A stretch of DNA of 64,000 nt from Alphaproteobacteria bacterium (GCA_965205265.1 CBDBGH010000003.1:3552001-3616000); one strand, 5' to 3'; positions 33,711 through 44,518 are shown, counted from the stretch's first letter. A program made the numbers and translations. The notes: generated from the sequence alone by a model not told the origin.

Positions 33711-34803
33711 GCTGGGCGAGGCGGGTGCGGAACTTGTCGGTCTTGTAGTCGGTGACGCGGTAGGCCCAGCCGCCGGCGGTGGCGTTGATCTCCGCGACCT
33801 CCCCGGCCACCTCGTCGGGCGTCTTCAGCGCCATTTGCAGCGAGCCTTCGAGCTTGTCGGCATCCATCGTCTTCCGCGCATCCAGCAGGGGCTGGACGCG
33901 CGGGTCCGCCGTTCCGGGCGAGGCGGCCAGCACCACCCAGTAGTCGTCGTCCGCCTCGGCCATCTTCACCTCAACGACGAGGCCGTCGAAGGTCGCGAAC
34001 CGGCCGGAGACCAGCGGTTTCGAGAAGTCCACTTCGGCGGCCGGGCGCACGTCGTCGAAGATCAGGAAATCGAGCCAGCTCGTCAGCGGCGACAGCTCGT
34101 GGCTCGCCTTCGCCTTCCGTCCCTCGCCCGGCGGCTCTTCCAGGTTCCAGACGGTCTCCTCCGGCCCGACCTTCGAAACCGTGACCGTCTCGCCGTCGGC
34201 ATGGGTCAGGCGGGTGCGATGAAGGCGGCGCTGCTCCACGTTGCAGATATTGCGGTCGAGGAAGCGCGTGAGCAGCTGCACCGGCTGGAACCCGCCCCTG
34301 GCGAGCCAGGATTGCGCCTCGCCGCTCTTGCGCAGGAAGACGCCGCCGCCCGCCTCTTCCGGGCGCGCCAGGCCGACCAGCAGGTCCGCCACCGTCTCAT
34401 CGCCCGCTTTCGCCGCGATCCGGATGGAGAGCGCGCTCCTGTCTCCGAGGTCCTCCACGCGGATCTTCGGATAGAGCGCGGGCTTGGCAGTGCGCGGCTC
34501 GATCAGTTCGAGGCGCGCAAGGTCGTAAAGCATCCGGCTCAGCATCCTGAAGTCGGCGGGATAGCCGTGGCGCTGCACCACGCCCCAGCGCCCGTCCTCG
34601 CGCCGGGCCGACACGGTGCCGTCCGCCGTCGTGGAAACCTCGACGAAGTCGATGTCGTTCACGCGCTCCAGCAGGCCGGGATACAGCATGGCGCCGGCAG
34701 CCGGGTCGGCGCCCTGGACGCGCTCCTCGAGCAGAACCGCAGTGGCGGCTGCGGCCGTGACAGCCGTCAAAATCAACAGGATCAGGAAACTGCGTGCCTT
34801 CAT
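33685..34803 (-). CDS. DUF4340 domain protein
   Basis: N-terminal anchor, 'GYPAD', 'TFDGL', 'GWAY'; last gene of a Gld-like ABC operon. Confidence 0.85.
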   Translation of the reverse strand: MKARSFLILLILTAVTAAAATAVLLEERVQGADPAAGAMLYPGLLERVNDIDFVEVSTTADGTVSARREDGRWGVVQRHGYPADFRMLSRMLYDLARLELIEPRTAKPALYPKIRVEDLGDRSALSIRIAAKAGDETVADLLVGLARPEEAGGGVFLRKSGEAQSWLARGGFQPVQLLTRFLDRNICNVEQRRLHRTRLTHADGETVTVSKVGPEETVWNLEEPPGEGRKAKASHELSPLTSWLDFLIFDDVRPAAEVDFSKPLVSGRFATFDGLVVEVKMAEADDDYWVVLAASPGTADPRVQPLLDARKTMDADKLEGSLQMALKTPDEVAGEVAEINATAGGWAYRVTDYKTDKFRTRLAQLTEAAGES

Positions 34804-34811
34804 GCGCGTCG

Positions 34812-36788
34812 CTAAGCCTCCTGCACCGGGCGCCGACGGGCGCGCCGGGCAAAGGCGACCACCGCCGCAAACACGGCGACCAGCGCGGGAACGAGAGCGA
34901 TGTTGACGAGTTCGAGCCAGGAGGTCAGCGCCTCGACATCGCGGCGCAGGCGGTGCTGGACGTCGCGCAGCTCGCGGCGCAGGCGGATCACGTCGGCACG
35001 CATGGTCTTGAGCGAGTCGGCCTGGGAGGCCGTCAACACCACCTGCTCCTCGGCCGCGGAGTCCCTCTCGAGCCGGTTCAACCGTCCCATCGCCTCTTCC
35101 AGGCGGTCCAGCAATTCCTTTTCCTTCTTCCGGTGCTTGTTTTCCGCCTCGCGCCGGATTTTCTCCACCAGGGTGAAGGGGCGCTGGAAACTGCCGCGGG
35201 AGCGCAGCGACGAGAGATCGTCGCGGCCGGTCATGTTTTCGACCGCATTCAGGAACAAGGCCGCGTTGTCGGCTATCGCCTGGCCGGTAAGCCCGCCGTC
35301 GAACCGGTTCGGGACCATCCACATCGGGTCGGCGAGCATATCGACATCGGCCACCGCAATGACGTCCATCGGCGCCGCGGAGCGCGCCAGATGGGCCGCC
35401 TTCAGGGCCTCCCATGCGGCCCTGGCCTCTTCGTCGATCTCCGCCTCTTCGCCTTCGGCCGCCTGCTCCCCGCCGTTCTCCGGCTTCGGTTCCGGCGGTC
35501 CGTCCGGAAAGGCGCTCTCCACCTCGCCCGACAGTCTGGCGGCGAGCACCAGCGGCGCTTCGGCCGGCTTGAAGGCATGGAGCACCGCGACCGGATCGGC
35601 CGGTCCCTGGACAAGCGAGACCGGCACGGTGCCGCCGTCCTTCGAGGTGGTCACCAGCGGCGTCACCGTGGCCCCGGCGCTTTCGAGCGTCCGGATATGG
35701 CCGGGCGAAGCGATATTCAGCAGCGAGAGTTCGTTCGAAACCGAATCCCCGCGGGAAATGCCTCTCCTGTCGATGCCGAGCCACAGCGGATAGTCGATCG
35801 CCATCAACCGCGTCCTGGACCGGTCGGGCACCTGCACACGGCGCGCGAATCCGACATCGCCCGCCAGCTCGCCCGCCGGCATCTCAATGCCCCAGGCCTC
35901 GAACAGCCGCCCGAGATTGGAAGCGAACCCTCCGGGCGGCATGCCGCGGCGCAGCAGTTCCGGGTTCTGCGCCTCGCCTTCGGAGTGCGGGTCCACGAAG
36001 ACGAGCAGCTTGCCGCCGCGCAGCACGAATTGGTCGAGCGCGTAGAGGGTTTCGTCGGTGAGCCCTTTCGGATGCACGAGCACCACGACATCGACGCCCT
36101 CCGGCACGGACGTGGCCGTGCTGACGATCTGGCGCACATCCACAGACTTGAGCAGCAGGTTGTAGATCGTCCAGGCGTCGTTCCGGCCCCGGCCCGACTG
36201 GGACATGGGCGAGCCCGCAATCGGAAGGCCGGTAATCAGCCCGACGGCCGGCAATTCCGGGTTGGCGAGGCTATAGACGGCGCGGGCGATGTCGTATTCG
36301 AGGTCGCGCTCCCGGCTCTCGTCGAAAAACGGGATCAGCTCGACATCGTCGGTCGAATTGGTGCCGGCGAGGCCGAAGAACACGCGCTCGCCCGAACGGT
36401 CCACCGGCAGCCCCTGGAGGCCGAACGAGTCGGCCCGGTCTTCGGCGTCGGTGAACGGTTCGGGGTCGAATATCCGGAGGTCGATCTTGCCGTCGGAGTG
36501 GCTGGCGAACTCTTCCAGAAGGTCGCGCACATGGCGCGCATAAACACCCACCTGGGGGATTTCCCGCGCGATCCGGCTGGAGAAGTAGAAGCGGAGCACG
36601 ATCGGCTCGTCGATCTCCCGGACCACCCGCTTCGAGTCCTCGGCGAGCGTGAAGGCGCCCTCTTCGGTCAGGTCGAGGCGGGCGTGGCGCAACAGCCGGT
36701 CCGACAGGCTGACCCCGGCCACGAACAGAACCGCCAGCAGGACCAGCGCCAGCCTGGCGAACAGATTGCGTTGCCGGAAACGCTCCAT
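34812..36788 (-). CDS. GldG-family ABC-type uncharacterised transport auxiliary component
   Basis: 'RLDLTEE..FTL', 'DPEPFTDAED.A', 'LEYDI', 'LDQFVLRGG', 'RPFT'. Confidence 0.9.
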   Translation of the reverse strand: MERFRQRNLFARLALVLLAVLFVAGVSLSDRLLRHARLDLTEEGAFTLAEDSKRVVREIDEPIVLRFYFSSRIAREIPQVGVYARHVRDLLEEFASHSDGKIDLRIFDPEPFTDAEDRADSFGLQGLPVDRSGERVFFGLAGTNSTDDVELIPFFDESRERDLEYDIARAVYSLANPELPAVGLITGLPIAGSPMSQSGRGRNDAWTIYNLLLKSVDVRQIVSTATSVPEGVDVVVLVHPKGLTDETLYALDQFVLRGGKLLVFVDPHSEGEAQNPELLRRGMPPGGFASNLGRLFEAWGIEMPAGELAGDVGFARRVQVPDRSRTRLMAIDYPLWLGIDRRGISRGDSVSNELSLLNIASPGHIRTLESAGATVTPLVTTSKDGGTVPVSLVQGPADPVAVLHAFKPAEAPLVLAARLSGEVESAFPDGPPEPKPENGGEQAAEGEEAEIDEEARAAWEALKAAHLARSAAPMDVIAVADVDMLADPMWMVPNRFDGGLTGQAIADNAALFLNAVENMTGRDDLSSLRSRGSFQRPFTLVEKIRREAENKHRKKEKELLDRLEEAMGRLNRLERDSAAEEQVVLTASQADSLKTMRADVIRLRRELRDVQHRLRRDVEALTSWLELVNIALVPALVAVFAAVVAFARRARRRPVQEA

Positions 36789-36792
36789 CGCC

Positions 36793-37527
36793 TCAGTCCG
36801 CCTTCTTGAGGTCTACGGCGATGGCGGCCGCGGCCAGCCAGACGCCGATGACGAGCGCGTAATAGGCGAGGTCGCGCAGGTCTATCACGCCCTTGACGAT
36901 ATTGTTGAAGTGGCTGAGCAGGCTGAAGGAGGCGAGCGTCTCCAGGAACGCCGCCGGCACCGCGTCGCCGAGCACGGCCTGCAGGGCCCCCGCCCCCAGC
37001 ACGTTGAACAGGAAGCAGACGGTCACGGTGAGCACGAAGGCGATCACCTGGTTCCTGGTCAGCGCGGAAAGGCAGGAACCGATGGCCAGATAGGCGCCGG
37101 CCAGCAGGAAGGAGCCGATATAGCTGGCGGCGATGACCCCGTTGTCCGGCTCCCCGAGATAGTTGACGGTGAGCCAGATCGGGAATGTCAGCGCCAGCGC
37201 GAGCCCGGCGAACACCCAGGCCGCCAGGAACTTGCCCACCACGGCCGCAGCGGTCGAGACCGGGAGGGTCAGGAAGAGCTCGATGGTGCCCGTCTTGCGC
37301 TCCTCGGCCCAGAGCCGCATCGAGATCGCGGGCATGAAGAAGAGGTAGAGCCAGGGGTGCCACTGGAAGAAGGACAGCAGGTCCGCCCGCCCGCGCTCGA
37401 AGAACGAGCCGACATAGAAGGTCAGCGCCGCCGCCAGCGCCAGGAAGATGACGATGAACACATAGGCGACCGGCGTGATGAAGTAGCCGGCGAACTCGCG
37501 GCGGAAGATAGTGCCGATGCTAGCCAT
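36793..37527 (-). CDS. GldF-like ABC-2 permease
   Basis: 'REFAGYFITPVAYVF', 'MRLWAEERKTGTIELFLTLP', 'NQVIAF'. Confidence 0.92.
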   Translation of the reverse strand: MASIGTIFRREFAGYFITPVAYVFIVIFLALAAALTFYVGSFFERGRADLLSFFQWHPWLYLFFMPAISMRLWAEERKTGTIELFLTLPVSTAAAVVGKFLAAWVFAGLALALTFPIWLTVNYLGEPDNGVIAASYIGSFLLAGAYLAIGSCLSALTRNQVIAFVLTVTVCFLFNVLGAGALQAVLGDAVPAAFLETLASFSLLSHFNNIVKGVIDLRDLAYYALVIGVWLAAAAIAVDLKKAD

Positions 37528-38485
37528 GCTCCGCCGCCTCCGCATCCGGCTGCGTCATCCGCCGGAAAACGTCGTCGAGCGCTCCCGCCTCGGTCCGCAG
37601 GTCCTCGACCTCCCAGCCATGCGCCTGAACCAGCAGCCCGACATCCGCGAGGATGGGCGCGCCGTCGCCCGAGAGCGCCGTCAGGCTCACGGCGTCCGGG
37701 CCCGCCGGCTCGCGCCGGACCCCTGCCACACGGTCCAGGCCGTCGAGCGAGGCGGCGGCCGCATCGGCGAACCGGGCGGCAAGCGTCAGCGAAACGGCAT
37801 TGTGCAGCGGCGACAGCGCGGCAAGCTCCGCCGGCGCGGCGTCCGCCAGAAGCCGCCCGCCGGCAATGACCGCCGCGCGGGTGCAGACGGCGTCCACCTC
37901 CTCCAGGATATGGGTCGAGATGACGATGGCCTTCGAGGGACGGATTTCGCGGATGAGCGCGCGCATTTCGTGTTTCTGGTTCGGATCGAGCCCGTCCGTG
38001 GGCTCGTCAAGGATCAGCACCGGCGGGTCGTGCAGCAGCGCCTGCGCGAGGCCGACGCGGCGCTTGAACCCCTTGGACAGCGTGTCGATGGGCTGGGCGA
38101 GCACCTCGGCGAGGTCGGTGCGTTCGACCGCAAGCCCGATAGCGGTCCGGCCCTGCCGGCCGGAGAGGCCGCGCATGGCCGCCGCGAAGGCGAGGAACGC
38201 GCCGGCGGTCATGTCGCCATAGAGCGGAGCGCCTTCCGGCAGATAGCCTAGATTGCGCCGGGCCGGGATCGGATCGTCGGTTACATCGTGGCCGCAGATC
38301 GCCGCGCGGCCTTCGGTCGGGGCGAGGAACCCGGCGATCATCTTCATGGTCGTGGACTTGCCGGCGCCGTTGGGGCCGAGGAACCCCAGCACCTCGCCCG
38401 CGCCGACCTCGAGGTCCACGCGGTCCACGGCCACATGCGCATCGAAGCGCTTTGTCAGGCCCTCGGCGGCAACCAGCGCCAACAT
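37520..38485 (-). CDS. GldA-like ABC ATP-binding protein
   Basis: 'GPNGAGKSTT', 'LSKGFKRRVGLAQA', 'DEPTDGLDPNQ'. Confidence 0.93.
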   Translation of the reverse strand: MLALVAAEGLTKRFDAHVAVDRVDLEVGAGEVLGFLGPNGAGKSTTMKMIAGFLAPTEGRAAICGHDVTDDPIPARRNLGYLPEGAPLYGDMTAGAFLAFAAAMRGLSGRQGRTAIGLAVERTDLAEVLAQPIDTLSKGFKRRVGLAQALLHDPPVLILDEPTDGLDPNQKHEMRALIREIRPSKAIVISTHILEEVDAVCTRAAVIAGGRLLADAAPAELAALSPLHNAVSLTLAARFADAAAASLDGLDRVAGVRREPAGPDAVSLTALSGDGAPILADVGLLVQAHGWEVEDLRTEAGALDDVFRRMTQPDAEAAEHG

Positions 38486-38611
38486 TCCATCCCCAATCCC
38501 GGCGGCTGCTCCGGGCCGCTCCGGCCGGCGCGGGATATAGCCAACCGCACCGCGACGCGCCACTTAACTATTGGTAAGGTTCCGCCCCCCGAAGAACCGG
38601 ATCCCGATGTC

Positions 38612-40033
38612 ATGTCCGACGATCTCTGCCGACTCACCGCCCGCGAAACCGTTGCAAGGCTCAAGGCCGGCGACATCACGCCGCTCGACGCCATCGACGC
38701 CGCGATGGCGCGTATAGAGGCGGTTGACCGCCGGGTCAATGCGCTGCCGACGCTCGCGCCGGAACGCGCGCGCGAGCGGGCCCGCAGGCTGATGGAGCGC
38801 GCGCCTGCCGAGCGCGGCCTGCTGGCCGGCCTGCCGGTGGCGATCAAGGACCTGAATCCCGTGGCGGGCGTGCGCACCACATACGGCTCGCCGATCTATG
38901 CCGACCATGTGCCGGACGAGTCGGACATCGCCGTGCTGCGGATCGAGGCCGCAGGCGGCGTTGTGCTCGCGAAATCGAACACGCCCGAATTCGGCGCAGG
39001 CGGGCAGACCTTCAACGAGGTGTTCGGCGCCACCCGCAATCCGTGGAACACCTCGCTCACCTGCGCGGGCTCCTCCGGCGGCGCGGCGGTGGCGCTCGCC
39101 ACGGGGCAGGTCTGGCTCGCGCACGGGTCGGACCTTGGCGGCAGCCTGCGCACGCCGGGCGCCTTCTGCTCGGTGGTGGGCCTGCGCCCGTCGCCCGGCC
39201 GCGTGCCGAGAGGCCCTTCCGACGGCGCCTTCAACTACCTCGCCGTGAACGGCCCGATGGCGCGCAATGTCGCGGACACCGCCCTTTTCCTCGATGTCAT
39301 GGCCGGGCTCGATCCGCGCGACCCGCTGTCCTGGCCGGCTCCGTCCGTGCCCTATCGCGAGGCGGTGGCCGCGCCGGCCGCGCCCCGCCGCATCGCCTTC
39401 AGCCCCGATCTCGGCTTCATGCCGGTCGATCCGGAAGTGCGCGACATCTGCGCCCGCGCCATGGCGCATTTCGAGACCATGGGCGTGGCCGTGGACGAGC
39501 ATGCGCCGGACTTTTCGGGCGCCATGGAAGCCTTCCACACCTTCCGGGCCGTCCTGTTCGTCACCGATCATGCCGAGCGGATGAAGGCGCATCGCGACAA
39601 GTTCAAGCCGGAGATCGTCTGGAACTACAAAAAGGGCCTGGCGCTCACCGCGGCGGACATCGCGCGGGCGGAGGCCGGGCGGGCGGCGCTCTTCCAGCGC
39701 ATGGCGGATTTCTTCCAGGAGTTCGACCTGCTCGCCTGCCCGACCGCGGCGGTGCCGCCCTATTCGCTGGACCAGCGCTATGTGGACCGGATCGGCGACA
39801 CCGTGTTCGACAATTATGTGGACTGGATGGGCCTGCAATGCGTGGTCACGGTCACCTCCTCGCCCGCGATCAGCATCCCCTGCGGCTTCACCGCGGACGG
39901 GCGGCCCGTCGGGCTGCAGCTGGTCGCCCGGCCGCGCGGCGAGGCGGAGCTGCTGCAGGCGGCCGCGCTGTTCGAGCAGGCCGCCGGCCTCCACAACCTG
40001 CTGCCCATCGACCCGAAGGACCCCGCCTCCTAG
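38612..40033 (+). CDS. Amidase signature family protein
   Basis: 'GLPVAIKD', 'KSNTPEFG', 'GSSGGAA', 'GSDLGGSLRTP'. Confidence 0.95.
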   Translation: MSDDLCRLTARETVARLKAGDITPLDAIDAAMARIEAVDRRVNALPTLAPERARERARRLMERAPAERGLLAGLPVAIKDLNPVAGVRTTYGSPIYADHVPDESDIAVLRIEAAGGVVLAKSNTPEFGAGGQTFNEVFGATRNPWNTSLTCAGSSGGAAVALATGQVWLAHGSDLGGSLRTPGAFCSVVGLRPSPGRVPRGPSDGAFNYLAVNGPMARNVADTALFLDVMAGLDPRDPLSWPAPSVPYREAVAAPAAPRRIAFSPDLGFMPVDPEVRDICARAMAHFETMGVAVDEHAPDFSGAMEAFHTFRAVLFVTDHAERMKAHRDKFKPEIVWNYKKGLALTAADIARAEAGRAALFQRMADFFQEFDLLACPTAAVPPYSLDQRYVDRIGDTVFDNYVDWMGLQCVVTVTSSPAISIPCGFTADGRPVGLQLVARPRGEAELLQAAALFEQAAGLHNLLPIDPKDPAS

Positions 40034-40046
40034 AGCGTCCGCCCCG

Positions 40047-40436
40047 TCAGGGCAGGATTTCTATGGCATCGACCTTGTCGGCATAGAAGGCGGCGTGGCC
40101 GGCAATCGCCGCGCATTCGTCGAACGGCGCCGGATAGCTCCAGACCGCGTCCTCGGCGATGCGCCCGTCCGCCTCCAGCGTGCGGTAGCCGGCGTCGCCC
40201 TTGAAGGGGCAATGGCTCGTCCGCGCGCTCGGGCGCATGAGGCTCCGGTCGAGGTCTTCCTCGGGAATGTAGTGGACCGGCGGGTAGCCGCTCTCGCGCA
40301 TGAGCAGCGCGCGGCGGCTGTCGGCCACCCTCCGCCCGGCGAAGGTCACGACGACCCGGCCTTCCGCCGGCTCGATGTCGATGCGGTGGTCCGGCCGCTT
40401 GCGGAAGCCGGGGGCGGGATTCGCCGCGGCGTTCAT
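40047..40436 (-). CDS. DUF427 domain protein
   Basis: 'YPPVHYIP', 'SHCPFKGDA', 'AVWSY..P'. Confidence 0.92.
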   Translation of the reverse strand: MNAAANPAPGFRKRPDHRIDIEPAEGRVVVTFAGRRVADSRRALLMRESGYPPVHYIPEEDLDRSLMRPSARTSHCPFKGDAGYRTLEADGRIAEDAVWSYPAPFDECAAIAGHAAFYADKVDAIEILP

Positions 40437-41077
40437 CGCCTTTCTCCCCTGAGCGCGTTCACGAAGTCGGTCAGGCCCGTCTGGCGCGTCCGCCTGCGGC
40501 GCTCGGCGCGAAGAATGCTGCGGACCTCCTCAATGCTCGTCTCCAGGTCGCTGTTGATAACGACATAGTCGTATTCGGCATAGTGGCTTACCTCGTCGAG
40601 CGCCTTGGCCATGCGCGCGCGCACCACTTCGGAACTGTCCTGGGCGCGGGCGTGCAGGCGCCGTTCCAGCTCCTCGATGGACGGCGGGAGCACGAAGACG
40701 CCGACCAGGTCGGTCCGGGCTTTCTCGGCGATCTGCTGCGCGCCCTGCCAGTCGATGTCGAACAGCATGTCGCGCCCTTCCTCGAGCGCCGCTTCGACGG
40801 GCGCGCGCGGCGTGCCGTAGCGGTGCCCGAAGACCTCGGCATGCTCTAGGAAGCCGTCCTTCTCGACCATCGCCCGGAACGCGGCGTCATCGACGAAAAT
40901 GTAGTCGCGGCCGTCCTCCTCGCCCTTGCGGGGCGGGCGCGTCGTCAGGCTGACCGAGAGCGCGATGTTCTCCTCGCGCTCCAGCACGGCGCGGCTGATC
41001 GTGCTCTTGCCCGCGCCCGAAGGCGAGGAGAGCACCAGCATCAGGCCGCGCGTCGCTACGGGTCGGGCGGGCTTCAT
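40433..41077 (-). CDS. gmk: Guanylate kinase
   Basis: 'SSPSGAGKST', 'TTRPPR.GE.DG.DY', 'FDIDWQGA'. Confidence 0.96.
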   Translation of the reverse strand: MKPARPVATRGLMLVLSSPSGAGKSTISRAVLEREENIALSVSLTTRPPRKGEEDGRDYIFVDDAAFRAMVEKDGFLEHAEVFGHRYGTPRAPVEAALEEGRDMLFDIDWQGAQQIAEKARTDLVGVFVLPPSIEELERRLHARAQDSSEVVRARMAKALDEVSHYAEYDYVVINSDLETSIEEVRSILRAERRRRTRQTGLTDFVNALRGERR

Positions 41078-41913
41078 TCGAGGTTCCGCGCCTGCTCGCG
41101 AAAGGCTTCCAGCGCGGCCTTGAGGTCCAGCACGGTGCGGGTGAGGTCGAGGTCCGCCGATTTGGAGCCGAGCGTGTTGGCCTCGCGGTGGATTTCCTGG
41201 CAGAGGAAATCGAGCTTGCGGCCAACCGCCTCGCCCGAGGCGATAAGCGCCCCGGCCGCTTCCAGATGCGCGTCGAGCCGGTCTAGCTCCTCGCGCACAT
41301 CGGCCTTTGCGGCCAGCAGCGCGACTTCCTGCGCGAGCCGTTCCTCGGGAAGCCCGGCGTCCAGCGCAGCGACGGCGGCGGCGAGACGGTCCCTGAGCGC
41401 GGCCGGCTGCGAGGCCGCCATGCCCCGCGCCGCAAGAGCGCCGGCCTTCATGGCGCGGAGATGCCCGTCGAGCGCCGCAGCGAGCGCCCGGCCCTCCCTG
41501 CGCCGCGCTTCCAGCAGCCCGTCCAGAGCGTCTGCCAGGGTTGCAAGCAGCGCCGCCTCGTCGCGCGCTTCGAGGTCGGGATCGACCGCCTCGATGACGC
41601 CCCGCAGGCCCATCAGGCCGGCCAGGTCTCCGCCTCCCCGGCTTTCGGCGATGGCCGCCAGTTCGTCGAGCCACGCCTCGTCCACCCGGTAGCGCTGCCG
41701 TCCCTCAGCCTGCCCGAACCGCAATTCCAGCGAGATGCTGCCGCGCTCGAACCGCGTCTGCACCGCCTTGCGGACCGCCGGCTCCAACCCGTCGCAGCCG
41801 GAAGGCAGGCGCAGCCGCAGGTCGAGGCCGCGATGGTTGACCGAACGGACCTCCCAGCGCCAGTCGGGGCCGGCGGCAGCGGCGAAACCGGTCATGGAGG
41901 AAAGCTCTGTCAC
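41074..41913 (-). CDS. yicC: YicC/YloC family endoribonuclease
   Basis: 'SMTGF', 'WEVRSVNHR', 'EELDRL', 'GRKLDFLCQE..REANT', 'REQ..N.E'. Confidence 0.93.
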   Translation of the reverse strand: MTELSSMTGFAAAAGPDWRWEVRSVNHRGLDLRLRLPSGCDGLEPAVRKAVQTRFERGSISLELRFGQAEGRQRYRVDEAWLDELAAIAESRGGGDLAGLMGLRGVIEAVDPDLEARDEAALLATLADALDGLLEARRREGRALAAALDGHLRAMKAGALAARGMAASQPAALRDRLAAAVAALDAGLPEERLAQEVALLAAKADVREELDRLDAHLEAAGALIASGEAVGRKLDFLCQEIHREANTLGSKSADLDLTRTVLDLKAALEAFREQARNLE

Positions 41914-42884
41914 TGCATGCGCCTCAACAGCCTGCGGTAGCGCGCGGCATTGCGATTGTGCTCCCGCAGCGTCCGTGCGAACAGATGACCGCCCTCGCCG
42001 TCGGCGACGAAATAGAGCGCGTCCGTTTCCGCCGGGCGGGCCGCCGCCTCCAGCGCCGCCAGGCCGGGATTGGCGATCGGGCCCGGCGGCAGCCCGTGGA
42101 TGCGGTAGGTGTTGTAGGGGTGGTCCGCGCGGAGGTCGGCACGGGTGAGCGGGCGCCCGAGCTCCCGCCGGCCGCCGGTGAGCGCATAGATGACCGTCGG
42201 ATCCGTCTGGAGGCGCATGCCGCGCTTCAGCCGGTTGACGAACACGCCGGCGATCCGGGCGCGCTCTCCCGACAGGCCGGTTTCCTTTTCGACGATCGAG
42301 GCCAGCGTGAGCAGCTCGGTCTCGCTCCCGAGCGGCGAGCCGGCCGGCCGGTCGCGGAACAGGCGCGCCAGTTCCCTGTCCATGGCGCGCTGCATCCGCG
42401 CCACAAGGTCCGCGCGGCTGTCGCCATGGCTGTAATGGTATGTCTCCGGCAGCAGCCGCCCCTCGCCGGGGTCGGGCGCCTCGCCCACCAGACCTTCGGT
42501 GTTCCGCAGAAGGTCCAGCACGGCGGCGGTGGTGAGCCCCTCCGGCACCGTCAACCGGCGCACGACGGTCTCGCCCGCCACCAGCAGGTCACGAACGGAG
42601 GCGGCGCTGATGCCGGCGGGAAAGTCGTATTCGCCCGCTTTCAGGCGGCTCTCGGCGCCGTCCACGATCACGAAGATCCGGAACGCCAGCGGGTGGCGCA
42701 GCACGCCCCGTTCGGCGAGCAGCGCCGCCAGCGGCGCCAGGCCCGCGCCCTTCGGCACGACGACCCGGCGCGTCTCGGCGAGCGGGCCGGGCGCGTTGAA
42801 GTCCTGCCAGGCCCGGAACGCGAACCCGGCAGCGGCCGCCGCCAACAGTGCCAGGAGGACGCCGACAAGCCGGCGGCGGCGCAT
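41910..42884 (-). CDS. mltG: Endolytic transglycosylase MltG
   Basis: 'LASIVEKET', 'RLQTDPTVIY', 'YNTY..GLPPGPIANPG'. Confidence 0.95.
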   Translation of the reverse strand: MRRRRLVGVLLALLAAAAAGFAFRAWQDFNAPGPLAETRRVVVPKGAGLAPLAALLAERGVLRHPLAFRIFVIVDGAESRLKAGEYDFPAGISAASVRDLLVAGETVVRRLTVPEGLTTAAVLDLLRNTEGLVGEAPDPGEGRLLPETYHYSHGDSRADLVARMQRAMDRELARLFRDRPAGSPLGSETELLTLASIVEKETGLSGERARIAGVFVNRLKRGMRLQTDPTVIYALTGGRRELGRPLTRADLRADHPYNTYRIHGLPPGPIANPGLAALEAAARPAETDALYFVADGEGGHLFARTLREHNRNAARYRRLLRRMQ

Positions 42885-42890
42885 CGAGGG

Positions 42891-44153
42891 TCAGGGCGCG
42901 CCGGCGAAGACCAGCGAGGTATTGGTGCCGCCGAACCCGAAGGAATTGGAAAGCGCATGCTCGATCCTGCGTTCCTTTGCCGCGCCGGGCACGAGGTCGA
43001 GGTCGCAGCCATCCGAGGGGTCTTCGAGATTCAGCGTCGGCGGCGCGATACCGCATTGCACGGCCTTGATGGTGAAGATCGCCTCGATGGCCCCGGCCGC
43101 GCCGAGCAGGTGGCCGTGGGCGGACTTGGTGGAGGACATGGAAAGCTCGTAGGCATGGTCTCCGAACAGGCGCTTCACGGCACCGAGTTCGATCTCGTCG
43201 CCGAGCGGCGTCGAGGTCCCGTGGGCGTTGATGTAGTCGATGTTGTCGGGGTCGAGCCCGGCCCGCTTCAGCGCCGCCTCCATGGCGCGGTAGCCGCCGT
43301 CGCCGTCGGCTGCGGGTGCGGTGATGTGGTGGGCGTCGCCGGAGAGGCCGTAGCCGATGACCTCGGCATAGATCCGGGCCCCGCGCGCCTTCGCGTGCTC
43401 ATACTCCTCCAGCACGATGCAGCCCGCGCCCTCGCCCATGACGAAACCGTCGCGCGCCTTGTCCCATGGCCGGGAGGCGCGCTCGGGCTCGTCGTTGAAA
43501 TTCGTCGAAAGCGCCCGGGAGGCGGCGAAACCGGCGATGCCGAGCCGGCAGATCGCGGCCTCCGCCCCGCCCGCCACCATGACGTCGGCGTCGTCCAGCG
43601 CGATCAGCCGGGCCGCATCGCCGATGGCGTGCGCCGCCGTCGCGCAGGCGGTGACCACCGAATGGTTGGGGCCCTTGAAGCCGTATCTGATCGAAACCTG
43701 CCCGGAGACGAGGTTGATGAGCGCGGACGGGATGAAAAACGGGCTGATGCGCCGGGGGCCGCGTTCCTGCAGCAGGATCGAGGCGTCGTGGATGGTCTGC
43801 AGGCCGCCGATGCCGGAGCCGATCATGACGCCGGTGCGGTTCCGGCCCTCCTCGTCCTCCGGCTCCCAACCCGAATCTCCGACCGCCTGGTCGGCTGCGA
43901 CCATGCCGTAGATGATGAACGGGTCGAGCTTGCGCCGGTCCCTGGCGGGCATCCACTCTTCCGGGTCCCAGCGGCCGTCCTCGCGGCTGCCCGCCGGCAG
44001 GTATGCGGCGATGCGGCAAGGCAGGTCGGACACATCGAAGGTGTCTATGGGGCCGATCCCGGACTCGCTCTCGATCAGCCTCTTCCAGGAGGGTTCGACG
44101 CCGATTCCCATCGGCGAAACCAGCCCCATCCCGGTGACCACCACGCGGCGCAT
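42891..44153 (-). CDS. fabF: 3-oxoacyl-ACP synthase II
   Basis: 'VTACAT', 'INAHGTST', 'KSAHGHLLGAAG', 'SNSFGFGGTN'. Confidence 0.97.
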   Translation of the reverse strand: MRRVVVTGMGLVSPMGIGVEPSWKRLIESESGIGPIDTFDVSDLPCRIAAYLPAGSREDGRWDPEEWMPARDRRKLDPFIIYGMVAADQAVGDSGWEPEDEEGRNRTGVMIGSGIGGLQTIHDASILLQERGPRRISPFFIPSALINLVSGQVSIRYGFKGPNHSVVTACATAAHAIGDAARLIALDDADVMVAGGAEAAICRLGIAGFAASRALSTNFNDEPERASRPWDKARDGFVMGEGAGCIVLEEYEHAKARGARIYAEVIGYGLSGDAHHITAPAADGDGGYRAMEAALKRAGLDPDNIDYINAHGTSTPLGDEIELGAVKRLFGDHAYELSMSSTKSAHGHLLGAAGAIEAIFTIKAVQCGIAPPTLNLEDPSDGCDLDLVPGAAKERRIEHALSNSFGFGGTNTSLVFAGAP

Positions 44154-44174
44154 GCCGTTTCCCCCGGGGCCGCG

Positions 44175-44408
44175 TCAGGCGTTCTCGTTGATATAGTCGA
44201 TCGCGTTCTTGACTGTCACGATCTTCTCTGCGGCATCGTCGGGTATCTCGACGCCGAATTCCTCTTCGAACGCCATCACCAGTTCGACCGTGTCGAGACT
44301 GTCGGCGCCCAGATCGTCGATAAAACTCGCCCCTTCAACGACCTTGCTCTCTTCCACGCCGAGATGCTCCACGACGATTTTCTTCACGCGATCGGCGATA
44401 TCGCTCAT
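44175..44408 (-). CDS. acpP: Acyl carrier protein
   Basis: '[20 protein letters not shown]'. Confidence 0.98.
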   Translation of the reverse strand: MSDIADRVKKIVVEHLGVEESKVVEGASFIDDLGADSLDTVELVMAFEEEFGVEIPDDAAEKIVTVKNAIDYINENA

Positions 44409-44518
44409 TCAATCCCCTCCCTTCAGGAATGTTCTTGCAGGTCCGCCGCTGCGGCCTCCGGGCCCCGGCACGGGGGCAAGGCTCATAGCACAGCCCGCAG
44501 GGCCGGGCCAGAGCCGCG